From a virus, in IMG/VR virus record IMGVR_UViG_3300034102_003113: DNA of 64,000 nt, one strand, 5' to 3'. The notes under the pieces are model-generated. The model made no database searches, was not told the origin of the DNA, and was given only the letters and a program-made list of their open reading frames with translations. The first letter of the stretch is position 1; each line of letters starts with the position of its first letter. Shown here piece after piece: positions 8,333-20,800 of this stretch. The translations under genes were made by a program, and so were the position numbers.

Positions 8333-10666
8333 ATGAGATACATACCTGATACAGGAAAGCAATTTGTCCTTCAGGTTCCCGAGGATAAAAATTCTTACAT
8401 CAACGTAAAAAATTACGATGCCAGGGGACTCTCCACAGTTTTCACTGGGAGCATTTTTTCTGGGTTACAGGACGAGTTGTCCATCGGATCGATCAATGAT
8501 GGCGAAGGTGGTACTCTTCAGCAGTACTTCGACATCCTTTCCGTTGGCATTGAACTCCAGGCCCATATCTATCGCGGTGTAGGCGGCGGTGGTGGTGAAA
8601 CGCCTATTATTTCTGTATCGGGTGTAAATCTACAAGGTGTGGATTTCTCCAGTTCAGCGGTAAGTTCGAATCTTATCCAGCCTCTTAAGTATTATATCTT
8701 CGGTTATGATACCTCGACGGGTAAGATGCCTAATGCCGTGCAGATTGTTGGCTCAGCAGGACAATACTCCAAAGTCTTAGATCCAGATAAATGGAACCAA
8801 GATCAGTATGTTGATATTAATTTTACAAAGACTGGACAATATGTAGTTCCCATTGTCTATAGAGTATGGGGGACGAGAGTAGAGTTCCTTGGGATGATCG
8901 GAAACGCTAAGATTGGCTTCCCAGGAGCTTCTGTATTAACCTTTAGAGACTATGGTCTCAAGGAAATTCCAAGTTGGAATAATAATCCAGATTACTGGAC
9001 ACCTGACTTCTTGGATGGTGTAATCTCCATCCTTGGTGGAGTTCCTACTCAGCTTAAGAAGATTGTAGGCAAAGAACATCTTAAGATCATGCCTAGGATC
9101 GAGGGATCTCAACCTAACTATATTCAATGTGAAGCAGTACCCGACGGCCCTCTAGCTAATCCTGAAGATTATCAGTTTGGTGATGAAGTTAAGTTTGTTA
9201 TTGATGATACCCAACCCATCCGTAATGCTATTAACCTAGCGGCCCAAGGTAACATTAAAGAGATCTTTTTCCCGGCCGGTGTCTACAACTTTAGAAACTC
9301 ATCATTTACAAATACTAACTCTGCAAACTATAGCAATATCTCATTCAGGGGAGTTGGTGAAGGTTCAATGATCAAGCGCCTTCAAGCAAGTATCTCTGGC
9401 TCTATTAACCCCGGGCTGATTAACTTTTCTGGTGAGAGAGAATCCGTTCGAGTTGAAGGTATTCGGTTTAGATCCATTGTCTTCGATGGCAATAGGTCCT
9501 CTACTGCTTCTTTGGTCGGACCTATCTCTGGGTCAGTAGATCCTTCGAGATATGTAGCAGAAACCCTGGTTTTTTTAAAGTTTGCAGATAATGTATCACT
9601 AACCGAATGTAGATTTGTAGATGCTGGTGGAGCCGGCGTTCATACAGAATCTTGCTCAGCGGTTCTGATGACAAACAATATCTTCAGCAGACTTGGAAGA
9701 TCTTACGAGCCTGAAGTTCGTCCTATCGAGGTCTATGAGACATCTAACTCTATTGTCCAAGGTAATATCTTCGAGTTTTGCACCTCCAGCCCATACTTCT
9801 TTAACGTAGACTTCTCAACGATTAATAATAACATCATCCGCTCTTGTGGAGATCAAGGAGTTGTTCTTGAAACCTCGTATCAGTGGAATGCTTCTAACAA
9901 CCTAGCTTATTCCGATACTGACTCTCTCATCCGCTCTGTAGATCAGTACAATAACGAGTACTCTAAAGCGGCGATTGAGATCCGCAGAAACACTGCCCTC
10001 GAGCCTATTTACTTCACAGTAACAAATGGCGGCGAGACAATTGGCATCAAGAAAGACTCGATTATTGCAGATATCTACGGCCTGGACTCTCTTGGTCGCA
10101 AAAATGCTGCTAATAAAATCGGGTCTTTTAAAGTCATTCAAACTGCTGACCAACTTGAAGCGGGTATCTTCTCCGTCACTCTTCCCGGCCTTCAGTCGGC
10201 AACCATCGATGGAAACACAGTTCCTGCCACATCAGATTTTGCCCTTCTAGACCCTGCAAGTGGGCAATACGGTTATATGTATGAGATTGCAGGAACAGTA
10301 AGACTAGGTTCTTCTGGCCGGGGGTATGTCCCAGTGAATATCCGCGAAGCCAATATCGGAGGGACAGATTATCTGGCTATCCAACTCAGAAACTCTTCTG
10401 AGCTTCTCTCTTTCCTTATCTTTGACGCAGATAACCCTGAGAACGACTATATCATCATCGAGGGATTCTCTAACACCGACCTCGATGGATGGGATCAGAA
10501 TTCCGCATATAGAGTTATTGGCGTGGATATTAACACTAACTCTCTCTTACTTGACACAATCCCTAGCCTTTCGCCAGGGACATCTGGAATTGACTTCTTA
10601 GGAGGCCAACTATATATCCAGCGCACCAACTACCAAATTGCCGACGGCAACATCATCGTAAACTGA
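8333..10666 (+). CDS. right-handed beta-helix (pectate-lyase-like) tailspike/depolymerase
   Basis: DDTQPIRNAI...IFFPAGVY cap followed by parallel beta-helix repeats (ISFRGVG, VFDGN, NNIF, GNIF, NNII). Confidence 0.7.
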   Translation: MRYIPDTGKQFVLQVPEDKNSYINVKNYDARGLSTVFTGSIFSGLQDELSIGSINDGEGGTLQQYFDILSVGIELQAHIYRGVGGGGGETPIISVSGVNLQGVDFSSSAVSSNLIQPLKYYIFGYDTSTGKMPNAVQIVGSAGQYSKVLDPDKWNQDQYVDINFTKTGQYVVPIVYRVWGTRVEFLGMIGNAKIGFPGASVLTFRDYGLKEIPSWNNNPDYWTPDFLDGVISILGGVPTQLKKIVGKEHLKIMPRIEGSQPNYIQCEAVPDGPLANPEDYQFGDEVKFVIDDTQPIRNAINLAAQGNIKEIFFPAGVYNFRNSSFTNTNSANYSNISFRGVGEGSMIKRLQASISGSINPGLINFSGERESVRVEGIRFRSIVFDGNRSSTASLVGPISGSVDPSRYVAETLVFLKFADNVSLTECRFVDAGGAGVHTESCSAVLMTNNIFSRLGRSYEPEVRPIEVYETSNSIVQGNIFEFCTSSPYFFNVDFSTINNNIIRSCGDQGVVLETSYQWNASNNLAYSDTDSLIRSVDQYNNEYSKAAIEIRRNTALEPIYFTVTNGGETIGIKKDSIIADIYGLDSLGRKNAANKIGSFKVIQTADQLEAGIFSVTLPGLQSATIDGNTVPATSDFALLDPASGQYGYMYEIAGTVRLGSSGRGYVPVNIREANIGGTDYLAIQLRNSSELLSFLIFDADNPENDYIIIEGFSNTDLDGWDQNSAYRVIGVDINTNSLLLDTIPSLSPGTSGIDFLGGQLYIQRTNYQIADGNIIVN

Positions 10667-10686
10667 TTAACTAACTCCTCTCTACC

Positions 10687-13600
10687 ATGGCAAACAAAAA
10701 GACTATTATCGGAAAAACAGCTCCGGTGCCTCTTGGCCAACAGAAAGCTGTCAACTCTCTCCCAGTTGTTTTTGCTGAGGACCAGCCTCCTATTCCTGTT
10801 GAAGAGCAGAATAAAATTCAGTCGGAAGTTGCCCTTAGCCTTCTTGGTATTCCTAGAGCTGAAGTTGCCCTAGGTATCTTCGCTGACGTAAACACTTATG
10901 ATATCAACCCATCTGAATGGTCTCAGTTCCCAATTGAGAACGAGATCGATGGAGATGGGAACACAACAACCGGACTCAACCACCTTGCTGAGGAGGCAGG
11001 AGCCGAGTTAGTTGCACAGACCGGTAAAACAACCATCCTCACCTCTAAGCGTTTCTTCAGATACCAGCCTGGTCGTGTTTCATCCTCCACTATGGGTGTG
11101 AAGATGAATAAGACTGCATCTACCTACGATGCATCTACACCCAATCGTGATGAGATGAAGGGTGCTCCCACCATCAAAAAGTGGGGTATTTTTGATAAGT
11201 TTGACGGATATTACTTTGAAATTGTAAACGGTGGTGATAAGAATGACTTCCGGTGTATAAGAAGAACCCAGGCCCTTACTTACGACCAACCTGCCGGCAT
11301 TGAGACAACAGGCGATGGTTGGAATAAGATCGCCACATCTGCTACTGGCTCAAGCAATATTAAAGCTGGTAACTGGGGAGTTGTTGGAGAGGACCCCGTA
11401 ATTTTTAGAAATGGTCTAGCCTACGTTGCCGCTGCCATTTATGACCCTAGCCTATGTTATAGTCCAGATGATGTTCTCGCCATTGAAAACGGAGCAGATC
11501 TTAATGACTATGAGTTTGAAGAAGGGTACGCTGTTAGACTAGCATACAGGAACGCTGCTAATACTTTTGTTGAGCATCTTACAGGTCGTCAATTCCAGTT
11601 CCCCTTCGACCAAAAGAACATAGACAAGGCCAGCGCCGATTATCTCAACTGGAAGCAGAATGATCTATTCCTTAAACCTGCTTCTGAGTATATTCGCCTA
11701 GACGCCCACTGTAAATGGCAAGATATCATCACTAACTTAAGCCGTGGTGGTGGTAGCGCATTTAGTACAGAGATTGGTATTTCTGGAGATGCAATTCTTG
11801 CTAATACTACTGATGCAAGATTTGGACTTGACACTGACCCCTCTGAAGTAAACAGCGGAGTTAAGATTTGGAACCTTCTCGTGAGTGTTCAAGGTAGTAC
11901 TCAGGTAACTCAGACTCAATTCCGTAATAGATTTGGTGTTGATTCTCACCGCTCCTCCGCAAAAGAATACGATCCTGGAACTGGTATTTCTGATGCCGGT
12001 AAGAAGAATATCACTCTCAAGGAATGGTTTAAGCTTTGTGTTCCCAAGCAATATCGCATGGTGTATGAGTGGAGACCAGTGAGAGCTATGTTCTCAGGCG
12101 ACCAACTCAACGGACAAAATAACGTTGTTCGCTGGAGTGACACCTCAACTGCTAACGTAGATCCAACAGATATCTCGGTAAAACGCCCTGGTGATCCTGT
12201 GATCCTTGATGGTTCAACACTTACTGACCAGTCAGTGTATAACATTGACTTCACCAAGGTAACCATGTGGAAGATCGAGTTCTCATGGTACGGAGCTGTT
12301 GGTGCTCTGTTCCTAGTTTACGTTCCTGTGGCCAATGGCGAAGCAAGATGGGTAAGGGTTCATCACATGAGAGCCTCTAACCAACTTGACGTGGCGTCAC
12401 TTGGTAATGCTACACTGCCTATCACATACATGACCCACGCTGGTAGGGCCAATAACCTCCCAGAGGGAAGTCGCCTTGTTAAGTACGGAGCTTCGTACTA
12501 CATCGATGGTGGCGATAAAGGAACAGTTAGATTGCTTTCTAAGGCAACAGATTATCCAAAGAGCTCTAAGTATGGCGCACTAGGTGCTACTGTGGCAACA
12601 GTGCCATCCTCAAACTCATTTGAGATCACATTTAACCAGAATCTAAGAGATCAGTTAATTGGATCATATCTAAAATCCGATACAACTACCAAAGTGATCT
12701 GGGTAGAGAACAGTTCAACTGCTGGCCGAGTAGTTCTATACTTCAATCGTAATGTATCTACCTTCCTGTCACTAAGTGATGATGTTGAGATCATCATCCC
12801 ACGTCGTCAGAGAGCGATGATGGCGCTTAGAGCAAAAGATAATGTAATCAATACGTCTGGAGTAGGTGTAAGAAACCGTATTCAACTCTATCCCATTAAG
12901 TATGGTCTAGGTGTAACTGATTCGTCAGGAGAGGATAATGTGCTCTCTATCAACTTCATTAAGAATCCGCTTCTGATTACAAATAACCTAAATAACCTCG
13001 GTTTAGCGGCAACCTTAACTACTCCGATTTATACCAATTCGGCGGAAACTGCTAAGGGATTCGAACTTGGATCTGGCACTGTTCCTAAAAAGATCCTGTC
13101 TGGAACAAACATCTCATCGGGTAACTACACGACTCTGAGTGCGGTATTAAACGCAGATGGTAAGTATTTCTATGCTTACATGCGCTCTAAGCCCACCAAT
13201 GATGTAGGAAGTGGATTCTCAACAAACCCAGGTACTGATGAGAGCGAGATGCTCGTTAGATTCTTTAATAAGGCGGGGATTCTCTACATCCAAAATTATG
13301 AAGCTCAGGCTACTGACGTTAGCGTATATGGCAATCTAATGTACGCTAAGATGTATACCTTTAGTGCTGATGGAGATATCCAACTCTTCACAGGCACAAT
13401 CGGCTCTAGTAGTCCAACAGGAAACCATAGCAAGTACGAAAATCAGAAGAAGTGGGATGCTGCTGAGGTAGGAACATGGGAATCTATTGCCTCCCTCTCA
13501 GGAGCTAAAATCTCCCAAGATTTTAAACTCGCCCCTGTTGCCAATACTGGAAACAATATCTTCTCTATTTATGCAAATAGAGGTGGTGATCAGTACGACC

Positions 13601-13761
13601 TAGCAGATTACTTCTCATATAATAAAGAATATATCTCTTTCCCATTAACAAATGAGGTAGATATTCTTGGAATCTATGCCTTCTGGGAATCCACATCGGC
13701 AAGTACTCCACCCACCTCGGCCATCAATATCGTTAATTCTCTAACTTGGGAGGAGCAGTGA
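10687..13761 (+). CDS. large virion structural protein (paralogue A)
   Basis: 1024 aa; shares FRYQPGR, KIEFxWYGA and GASYYIDG blocks with the next gene. Confidence 0.6.
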   Translation: MANKKTIIGKTAPVPLGQQKAVNSLPVVFAEDQPPIPVEEQNKIQSEVALSLLGIPRAEVALGIFADVNTYDINPSEWSQFPIENEIDGDGNTTTGLNHLAEEAGAELVAQTGKTTILTSKRFFRYQPGRVSSSTMGVKMNKTASTYDASTPNRDEMKGAPTIKKWGIFDKFDGYYFEIVNGGDKNDFRCIRRTQALTYDQPAGIETTGDGWNKIATSATGSSNIKAGNWGVVGEDPVIFRNGLAYVAAAIYDPSLCYSPDDVLAIENGADLNDYEFEEGYAVRLAYRNAANTFVEHLTGRQFQFPFDQKNIDKASADYLNWKQNDLFLKPASEYIRLDAHCKWQDIITNLSRGGGSAFSTEIGISGDAILANTTDARFGLDTDPSEVNSGVKIWNLLVSVQGSTQVTQTQFRNRFGVDSHRSSAKEYDPGTGISDAGKKNITLKEWFKLCVPKQYRMVYEWRPVRAMFSGDQLNGQNNVVRWSDTSTANVDPTDISVKRPGDPVILDGSTLTDQSVYNIDFTKVTMWKIEFSWYGAVGALFLVYVPVANGEARWVRVHHMRASNQLDVASLGNATLPITYMTHAGRANNLPEGSRLVKYGASYYIDGGDKGTVRLLSKATDYPKSSKYGALGATVATVPSSNSFEITFNQNLRDQLIGSYLKSDTTTKVIWVENSSTAGRVVLYFNRNVSTFLSLSDDVEIIIPRRQRAMMALRAKDNVINTSGVGVRNRIQLYPIKYGLGVTDSSGEDNVLSINFIKNPLLITNNLNNLGLAATLTTPIYTNSAETAKGFELGSGTVPKKILSGTNISSGNYTTLSAVLNADGKYFYAYMRSKPTNDVGSGFSTNPGTDESEMLVRFFNKAGILYIQNYEAQATDVSVYGNLMYAKMYTFSADGDIQLFTGTIGSSSPTGNHSKYENQKKWDAAEVGTWESIASLSGAKISQDFKLAPVANTGNNIFSIYANRGGDQYDLADYFSYNKEYISFPLTNEVDILGIYAFWESTSASTPPTSAINIVNSLTWEEQ

Positions 13762-13762
13762 T

Positions 13763-16700
13763 ATGCCAGAGTATACTTCCGGTTCTTCTATAAGAGCGGA
13801 GGAAACTCCGCCTAGGAAGTCTATATCACGTAAGCAAATGGTGGACTTTAGGGGATTTCCCCTTTCCACCGAGGAAGGTAACCCTCTTACGACAGATAAA
13901 GAATCCTATCCAAAGAGTGAATATGGAGCTGCAAATGCTCCGTCTATTGTTCTTGACTCAGACTCGTATCTTAAGGATGGGATTAGTTCTGCCAATCAAT
14001 TTAGCAAAAGAAGTCCTGCTGCTCTGCCAATGGTCGAGCAGTTTGCTGATACATCTGAGGTCAGTCGTTCGCTGCTAGGTATTAATAGAGAGACGAGCCA
14101 ACAGGGTCTTTTTAGTAATGTTAGTACCTATGGCCTAGATGAAAAAGACTGGAGAGTTGATGGAACTGAATTTATACAACCAGAATTTTGGTATAATCGC
14201 CCATCTTCATCTGGAAATTACTTTTTTACAAAGTTCGAAGAGGATACAAAGAACTCTGCATTAGCCATCTCTGTATATCCTTCTCCATTCACTCCACCTG
14301 GCAAACCTTCACTCCAAGATCAGTTACTAAACCCTGGTGGTGCAGAAAGATACAGAGGTTGGGGACAATACCTCAATTCAATCATCGCTCAGTATCTCAT
14401 TGAGTACATGGTAAAGAATTTTACCAATGAGCAACTTGAAGAATTTAATCTCCTTTACCTATTAAATAAGTACCCGCCAAACATCCTCCCAGATGGATCA
14501 TATGAATTCAATCAACTCTACTGGGATAAGATTTGGTTGGATATTCAACAGACTCGTTTTGGTGCAGTATCTGATTACCCATTGATTCCTACCGGTAGAG
14601 CAATTAACTTTGTTCCAACTGATACTGACGAACTCCTTTTAACTCCGTTCAAGAGCGCCACATTATGGGGAGAGGATGCCGATCCTAGAGTGATAATCAC
14701 TCAGGCAGGGGCTGCTGTACCCAATACTTTAAGTTGTGCTTGGGACAGTTTCTTCTTTAGCACTACTCGAGTATATTACCCAGCTGGAAGTTCTGAGGAT
14801 CAAGGACATTATCGCATTAAAACAAATCCCACTCCAGAACTTTGGAGTAAATATTTTGGTCTAGACTGGGATTATATTCGCCAAGATCTTAAAGACTGGA
14901 ATTTTACAATCCACCAATCCTCGGCTACTGTAACCGATGTTGAAAAGGATCTTAAACTTCCACATTTTATTCTTGATTCGCCTATTGAAGCCAATCCTAC
15001 TAATATTTTTAGTGCTACTTGGCCAAATGAGCAGTTTGGTGAGGCCATCAATCTGCCTACCACTGAGAACAAGATCGGTGGATCTCCAGGTGTAAGTTCT
15101 GAGATTACTATTAAGTCTATTAGAGCTTTCCGTTATCAACCTGGTAGAATTAGCGGATTTACTTATGGTACTAAGGCTTCGGAAATTGGGGCAGGTCCCG
15201 GCACTACAATTGAGTGGGGAGTGGAGAATGACACTGATGGTTATTTCTTACGACTTCGTGATGGAGCAGACTTTACAATTATCCGTAGATCCATTATCCC
15301 ACTTGAGGAAACAACGTTCCTAGAAGGTTCTGGATACGCTGAGAATACACGTGAAATTTTCCGTAATGGCCGTAGACAATACGAAACGGTTATTGAACAA
15401 AAAAATATGAATGGCGATCCCCTTAATGGCGAGGGGAGTAGCGGGTATATTCTCAATCCAGATACAGTAACCATGTATAAGATTGAGTTTGGTTGGTATG
15501 GCGCCATTGGAGCAAGATTCTATGCCTATATTCCACAAGAAAATGGCGAATGTCGTTGGGTAATTATCCATACTCTGGTAATTGAAAACCAACTCGGTCA
15601 ACCCTGTCTAGGGGATCCATTCTTCTACTTTAAGTATAGACTCAATGTCTCTGACTCATCGACAATTAGAGTTGATCAATATCTGTATAAGTTTGGTGCG
15701 TCGTACTATATTGATGGGTATGATAAAGGCACTCTCTATTCGTCTTTTGCAAAATCTAAAAAGCGTGATCTTATAGACCCACAGTTTTCTGTATCTAAGA
15801 CCTATCTCAATGCAATTGACTGGACTGTGCTAATGGGTATTAAACCTAAACAGTATCTCTACAATCGCTTTGGATCAGAGGTCTATAATAAGAAAGAGAT
15901 TTTCCCCAAGAGTTTTTCTATCTTCTCACAAGAAGATTGCGAGATTAAGATTATCAGACAGAAGGCATGTCCAGAATTTGCTTATACTCACCAAGAAGGG
16001 TATTCATGGGCCCTACTTCCAGAATCTAGAAGGATAAAGGCTAAGTTTAGCGTTAATAACTTCAATATCAATGAGTCGACTCTTGGAATAACATTGGCTG
16101 ATGCCGCGTCTCATACCGCTACGTTGGCTTACGCTGGAACTCCAGATGGAACTTGGAGATCACCTAACAGTTCTGCTAATTATGCAGTAATTGGATCTGA
16201 AGTTATCAAAGTAGTTGGAGACGATCTATTCCAACTGGCAATGACGCAAAAGAACCTATCTGGTGTGAATAGTGTATTCAAACTTCAAAGAATCGCCGGT
16301 GGTGGGTATCTTTCCTCTAGAGCCCCAGAAGTTGAAGTAGAAAATGTATATCTTCCATTTACTTATGCTCCGGTAGGAGAGTATTCGAATGGTTATGAGG
16401 TAGAGTTCGATTATTATCGTAGAGATCAGGCACTCTTGTCATCCGTCAATGTTATCTCTGATGAGTTCTTTGTCTTCTGGACAGGTGGTAGTAGAGGTGG
16501 TATTGATTCTACTCACCGTTCAACCATAAGAATAGGATTTGTTTGGCCAGATGTCTCTAATCCATCGAGCCTAATCCACGTCTCCCGCGGAACAGATGAA
16601 TGGGGTATTCAAACTCCAGATGACGTCGGTGGAGATTTTGTTTCCTATGACGGACAAAAATTCTATGAGGGTATTCCAGTTGATTTTGTAAATGATTATC

Positions 16701-17818
16701 CAGAAAACACACTTTACGTTGAGACTAATACTGAATTAGATATTAATACATATAACCTAGAGACAAATGAGTACGACGATTTTGACGATTTCTGGGACCT
16801 AGGAGAAATTTCTGTTCCTGGAGTCGAAGGTGGAGAATGTCATGGGCTCGGATGCAAGGCCGGTAGAGAACTCCGCGAGGCCGAAATTGTTGTTTATGAA
16901 GAGGATCAAGGTGATGGTAACTTTGTTGATATCTATTACCTCCAAGATGTGTCTCCATGGCCATCCCTTGGAGAACCTTATTCCATCACAATCACTCAAG
17001 GCGCCAATGTAATAACCATTCAAGTAACTGATCCTGTTACTAAGATAGTTGGTGATGCTGTAGTATACCTCTTACCTATTGGTACGTCTCTACCCGTAGG
17101 ATTGACAACAGGTGGTATAGAAGCTACATATAATATTATTTATATTGCCACTATTGATAAGCAGTCTAAAGTCAGATCTATTTTGGCATCTAAAATTGCC
17201 CCAGGAGACTTGCCTTATGTAAGAGTCTTTATGCAAGGTAGACAAGGCACAAGCATGGGTGGAATGTGGATTGGACAAAAAACTCCGAGAGGTATTGTTC
17301 TAGACCCATTTACTCCGCATCGTTCCACTGTTAACATCAAGGACTCTGGGTCTGAAACTCATGGTGAGAGTTTCCCAACTCCTGAATCTGATGGAGCTGT
17401 GAAGGTTATTAATACCTACACCCAACTTGATGCTTTTGGAAGATCAACTGCCCCGACAAATGATATCGGAACAGATACTCTGGAGACTTATAAATCCATC
17501 CATTCCAACCCAAGAAAATGTGGAAGTTTCTTATCCGCGGGTGGAACTAATGCTGCTGGCATTCTCACTCCTACAGATTATCCAATCAGATGGCTAACTT
17601 CACAATCCTCTGGGCTTCCACTGGCTACGTTCTATGTCTCAAAGAACCAATCAGTTGAAATTTCATTAGAAGAGATTTTCAATGTCGATGCCGAATCCGT
17701 GGTGAATTCAGACGATGCCAATTTGGCTACTATGTTTATAGCAAGAAGTCTGAACAATCACACCCTGGCCGGGTCGGAAAAAGAAATCTATATGACACTT
17801 AACTACGACGAGCAGTAA
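13763..17818 (+). CDS. large virion structural protein (paralogue B)
   Basis: 1351 aa; same conserved blocks as 10687..13761. Confidence 0.6.
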   Translation: MPEYTSGSSIRAEETPPRKSISRKQMVDFRGFPLSTEEGNPLTTDKESYPKSEYGAANAPSIVLDSDSYLKDGISSANQFSKRSPAALPMVEQFADTSEVSRSLLGINRETSQQGLFSNVSTYGLDEKDWRVDGTEFIQPEFWYNRPSSSGNYFFTKFEEDTKNSALAISVYPSPFTPPGKPSLQDQLLNPGGAERYRGWGQYLNSIIAQYLIEYMVKNFTNEQLEEFNLLYLLNKYPPNILPDGSYEFNQLYWDKIWLDIQQTRFGAVSDYPLIPTGRAINFVPTDTDELLLTPFKSATLWGEDADPRVIITQAGAAVPNTLSCAWDSFFFSTTRVYYPAGSSEDQGHYRIKTNPTPELWSKYFGLDWDYIRQDLKDWNFTIHQSSATVTDVEKDLKLPHFILDSPIEANPTNIFSATWPNEQFGEAINLPTTENKIGGSPGVSSEITIKSIRAFRYQPGRISGFTYGTKASEIGAGPGTTIEWGVENDTDGYFLRLRDGADFTIIRRSIIPLEETTFLEGSGYAENTREIFRNGRRQYETVIEQKNMNGDPLNGEGSSGYILNPDTVTMYKIEFGWYGAIGARFYAYIPQENGECRWVIIHTLVIENQLGQPCLGDPFFYFKYRLNVSDSSTIRVDQYLYKFGASYYIDGYDKGTLYSSFAKSKKRDLIDPQFSVSKTYLNAIDWTVLMGIKPKQYLYNRFGSEVYNKKEIFPKSFSIFSQEDCEIKIIRQKACPEFAYTHQEGYSWALLPESRRIKAKFSVNNFNINESTLGITLADAASHTATLAYAGTPDGTWRSPNSSANYAVIGSEVIKVVGDDLFQLAMTQKNLSGVNSVFKLQRIAGGGYLSSRAPEVEVENVYLPFTYAPVGEYSNGYEVEFDYYRRDQALLSSVNVISDEFFVFWTGGSRGGIDSTHRSTIRIGFVWPDVSNPSSLIHVSRGTDEWGIQTPDDVGGDFVSYDGQKFYEGIPVDFVNDYPENTLYVETNTELDINTYNLETNEYDDFDDFWDLGEISVPGVEGGECHGLGCKAGRELREAEIVVYEEDQGDGNFVDIYYLQDVSPWPSLGEPYSITITQGANVITIQVTDPVTKIVGDAVVYLLPIGTSLPVGLTTGGIEATYNIIYIATIDKQSKVRSILASKIAPGDLPYVRVFMQGRQGTSMGGMWIGQKTPRGIVLDPFTPHRSTVNIKDSGSETHGESFPTPESDGAVKVINTYTQLDAFGRSTAPTNDIGTDTLETYKSIHSNPRKCGSFLSAGGTNAAGILTPTDYPIRWLTSQSSGLPLATFYVSKNQSVEISLEEIFNVDAESVVNSDDANLATMFIARSLNNHTLAGSEKEIYMTLNYDEQ

Positions 17819-17828
17819 GGAAACATCA

Positions 17829-20800
17829 ATGGCAGAATTTTTAGGATTCGGACAACTCACTCGCCCCGATATTGGTCTAATTGCTGACGGGGTGCAGAAC
17901 CTCGCCGAGATTTATACCTCGGATCAGCCTACTGCTCTGAGGAATATCCGCCTCAATCCAGAGATCCTAGATATTATCTATAAGCTCTCTAACACCATCT
18001 CCAGAGAAGATTTAAGGGCAGTAAGTGGATTATCATCCCTTTTGCTCCCTACTCTAGATCTTCAAGATGAGACATTTGAGCGGATCAATACGGCTCTTTA
18101 TGTCGATGAGAGTTACGTAAACTCCTCTAGGCAGATCGGTATTGACTCAAACCCCTCGCTTAGAGGGGACCTAGTCAAAGTGCCCAATGTTATTGTGTAC
18201 AATGGCTCGATTCAGTGCCAAGGTGTTCAGTACCGTACTAAGGTCCTTGGTGAGACTAGTCTATACTCTGGCGGAGAAAATAGACTAACGTCTGTCTCTA
18301 CGTCTAGAGCCAGTTTATTCAATTCAGAACAATTTGGCGAGAATGAGTCTAATACCGGGTATTTTAAATCTGCTTCTTATCCCTCGCTTATTCGCGTTCG
18401 TCGTAGATCACACGTAAATCGAATTACAATTAATAAATCTACTTTTATCCCTAGAGCACCGGTTAAAGAGAATCCCTCACATGAGATTCTTTGTTACATG
18501 GATAATGGGAACACTGGAACATCTCAGGCTCTCAAACTCCTATCGACAAAAAACTCACCACTAAGAATCCCATGCCGCATGGCATCAGGAAGTATTAAAT
18601 TTACCTTCACTGAGGTAGGAACGTTTTTCTTTGGATACCAGATCCAACCACTTCAATCAAGAGTTGTAGGTGAGCAACCCCAGTTCCTACCACTTACACC
18701 TATTTCTCAAACCGTTGCGTCTAACTCATTCACTCTTAACATAGATATCACAGCGACTGGTTATCAAAATTCCTACGATCTGTACCTTTATCTCTATTTA
18801 AATCCAGAAAAGATTCGTTCTATTGAGTTTAATGGGATAAATGTTTCTGAGTTTGTCGATGGTAAGGACATTGGCCTAGTTGGATTCAATAACCTTACAT
18901 CATTGGCACTTATCGGAACCTCAATAAAGATCCTTCCTATTTGGCTTAAAACGTTAAACACTAAACTTCAAGTACTTGACATAGCCTCTGATGGAGATAC
19001 TTATCGAAATGGGTTACTGAGATATTTTGATTACAGAAATGCTTCGGAATCACCGTCCACTTCCACGCCTCTATATACTGCTACAAGCTACCTCTCAATT
19101 CCTAAGAAAGGAGCCACCCTAAACGAAAATGGTAATGGTTGGAACGATACAATCTTCCAAAAATATATTACGTCCCAAGTCCCCACAACTACAAGTATTG
19201 ATAATGGTAGCGTGGTAACAAGGACCCCAGGCACTGACTTTAGAGTATTCAGTGCGATGAGAGTTCTTAATATCGGGGATAGGATGCTTGGTCGTAATCC
19301 TCGTCTTGATGATGTATTCCCAGGCTTAACAAGTCTTAACTGGAGAGGTTACGTTGGTAGAGGAGTATGGCCAATTTCTGGCACCCCTCCTAAAATCAAT
19401 AATCATGGCGGGGTCATTGACTCCTATATGATACACACGAGCGGAGCAAGTGGAAACATTACGGATATTGGCACATCAGAAGATATTGCTGACAATGTGG
19501 TAAATGGTCCGACACATATCTCTAAGTATAAAATTGATGCTATTGATATAGCCGGAGAGTATGGTTATGGGAAAATGAATATCTCTGGTGGCATCGCAAC
19601 ATCTAATTTTTCAGAGTGGTCAACGTGGTTCTCACAGACTAAGTCTATCAATATTTCTTGGAGTTATGTATCCATAGGTCTTCAACCAACAGGGTATGTA
19701 TGGGAAAATCTTCAAGGACTAGGGACAGAATACTCTGGAGGTATTGTATTTACACCCGCTTCAGGTACTGTCTCCAATCCAATTAAAGCCCCAAGAATCT
19801 CGTCCATTTCAGTCTATGGAACTTCGTCCACTGGGCCCATTCCATCATTAGGTACTGACCCTACTCAACACACATCTTCTATCACCTCCGTGCAATTTGG
19901 TGGGACGGAGTCTATGTCCACAGTGGCAGAGAACGGATATGCTTATATCTTACCTAGTAACTTTGCTCCAGATCGTCCGTCATCTCCACATAAACTCACC
20001 CTATTTGCAATTAACGACACTTCACGAGCAGGGAGATTTAGAGCCAATGACTTTAAGTATCTCTACGAGTTAAACAATCTTAATTTGCGTCGTGCTCCAG
20101 GAATGTGGGGTAAGTTTCCTATCTTCCCAACAAGAAAAAATCCAGAGACAGAGACTAAAAATATTTATATTGATATTGCTGACGGATGCAGGTTCTCTGA
20201 TCTAAGTACATTAGATATCACACCTTCTAATAGATACATTGCCCGTGACCTTATCTCATTAGATGCCTGGAATCAGAATATCGCAAGAGGTGGATGTAAG
20301 TTGCCTTCATTGGAAGGTATAGGAGGTTCGGATGCTACCCGAGTGCAATATATCCATTTGGGTAATTCACTGCGCTCTACCTATCCCTCTAACTGGATAG
20401 GGACTAATAAATCCCCTAACTCCTACGTATTTGATTCCGATATTTATTCGTCTGTGACTGGAATCACACCTGGCCGCCAGATTAACTCTGATGATGCAAT
20501 TTATTTTATAACAGGTGCTTCTGACTTTGATAGAAGAGTGCTTGTTAATGACTCTGTTCATTCCACCACTACAGGAGTAGAATTGGCCAGAGTCGTTAGT
20601 GTAGAGTTCGATAGAATCTATCTTGATAGAGATATTCCTGGTTCTTCCGCTGGAACATACTACTTCAAGCGCCATACTCAGTCAATTGATAATTGGTTCC
20701 AGGTAGGATTCACGGATATTAGCAAACTTAGACTCAACGGATGTAGATTGAGCGGGTCCATAAATATCCGTTCTGGATTTGGTAAAATTGTAGATGACAG

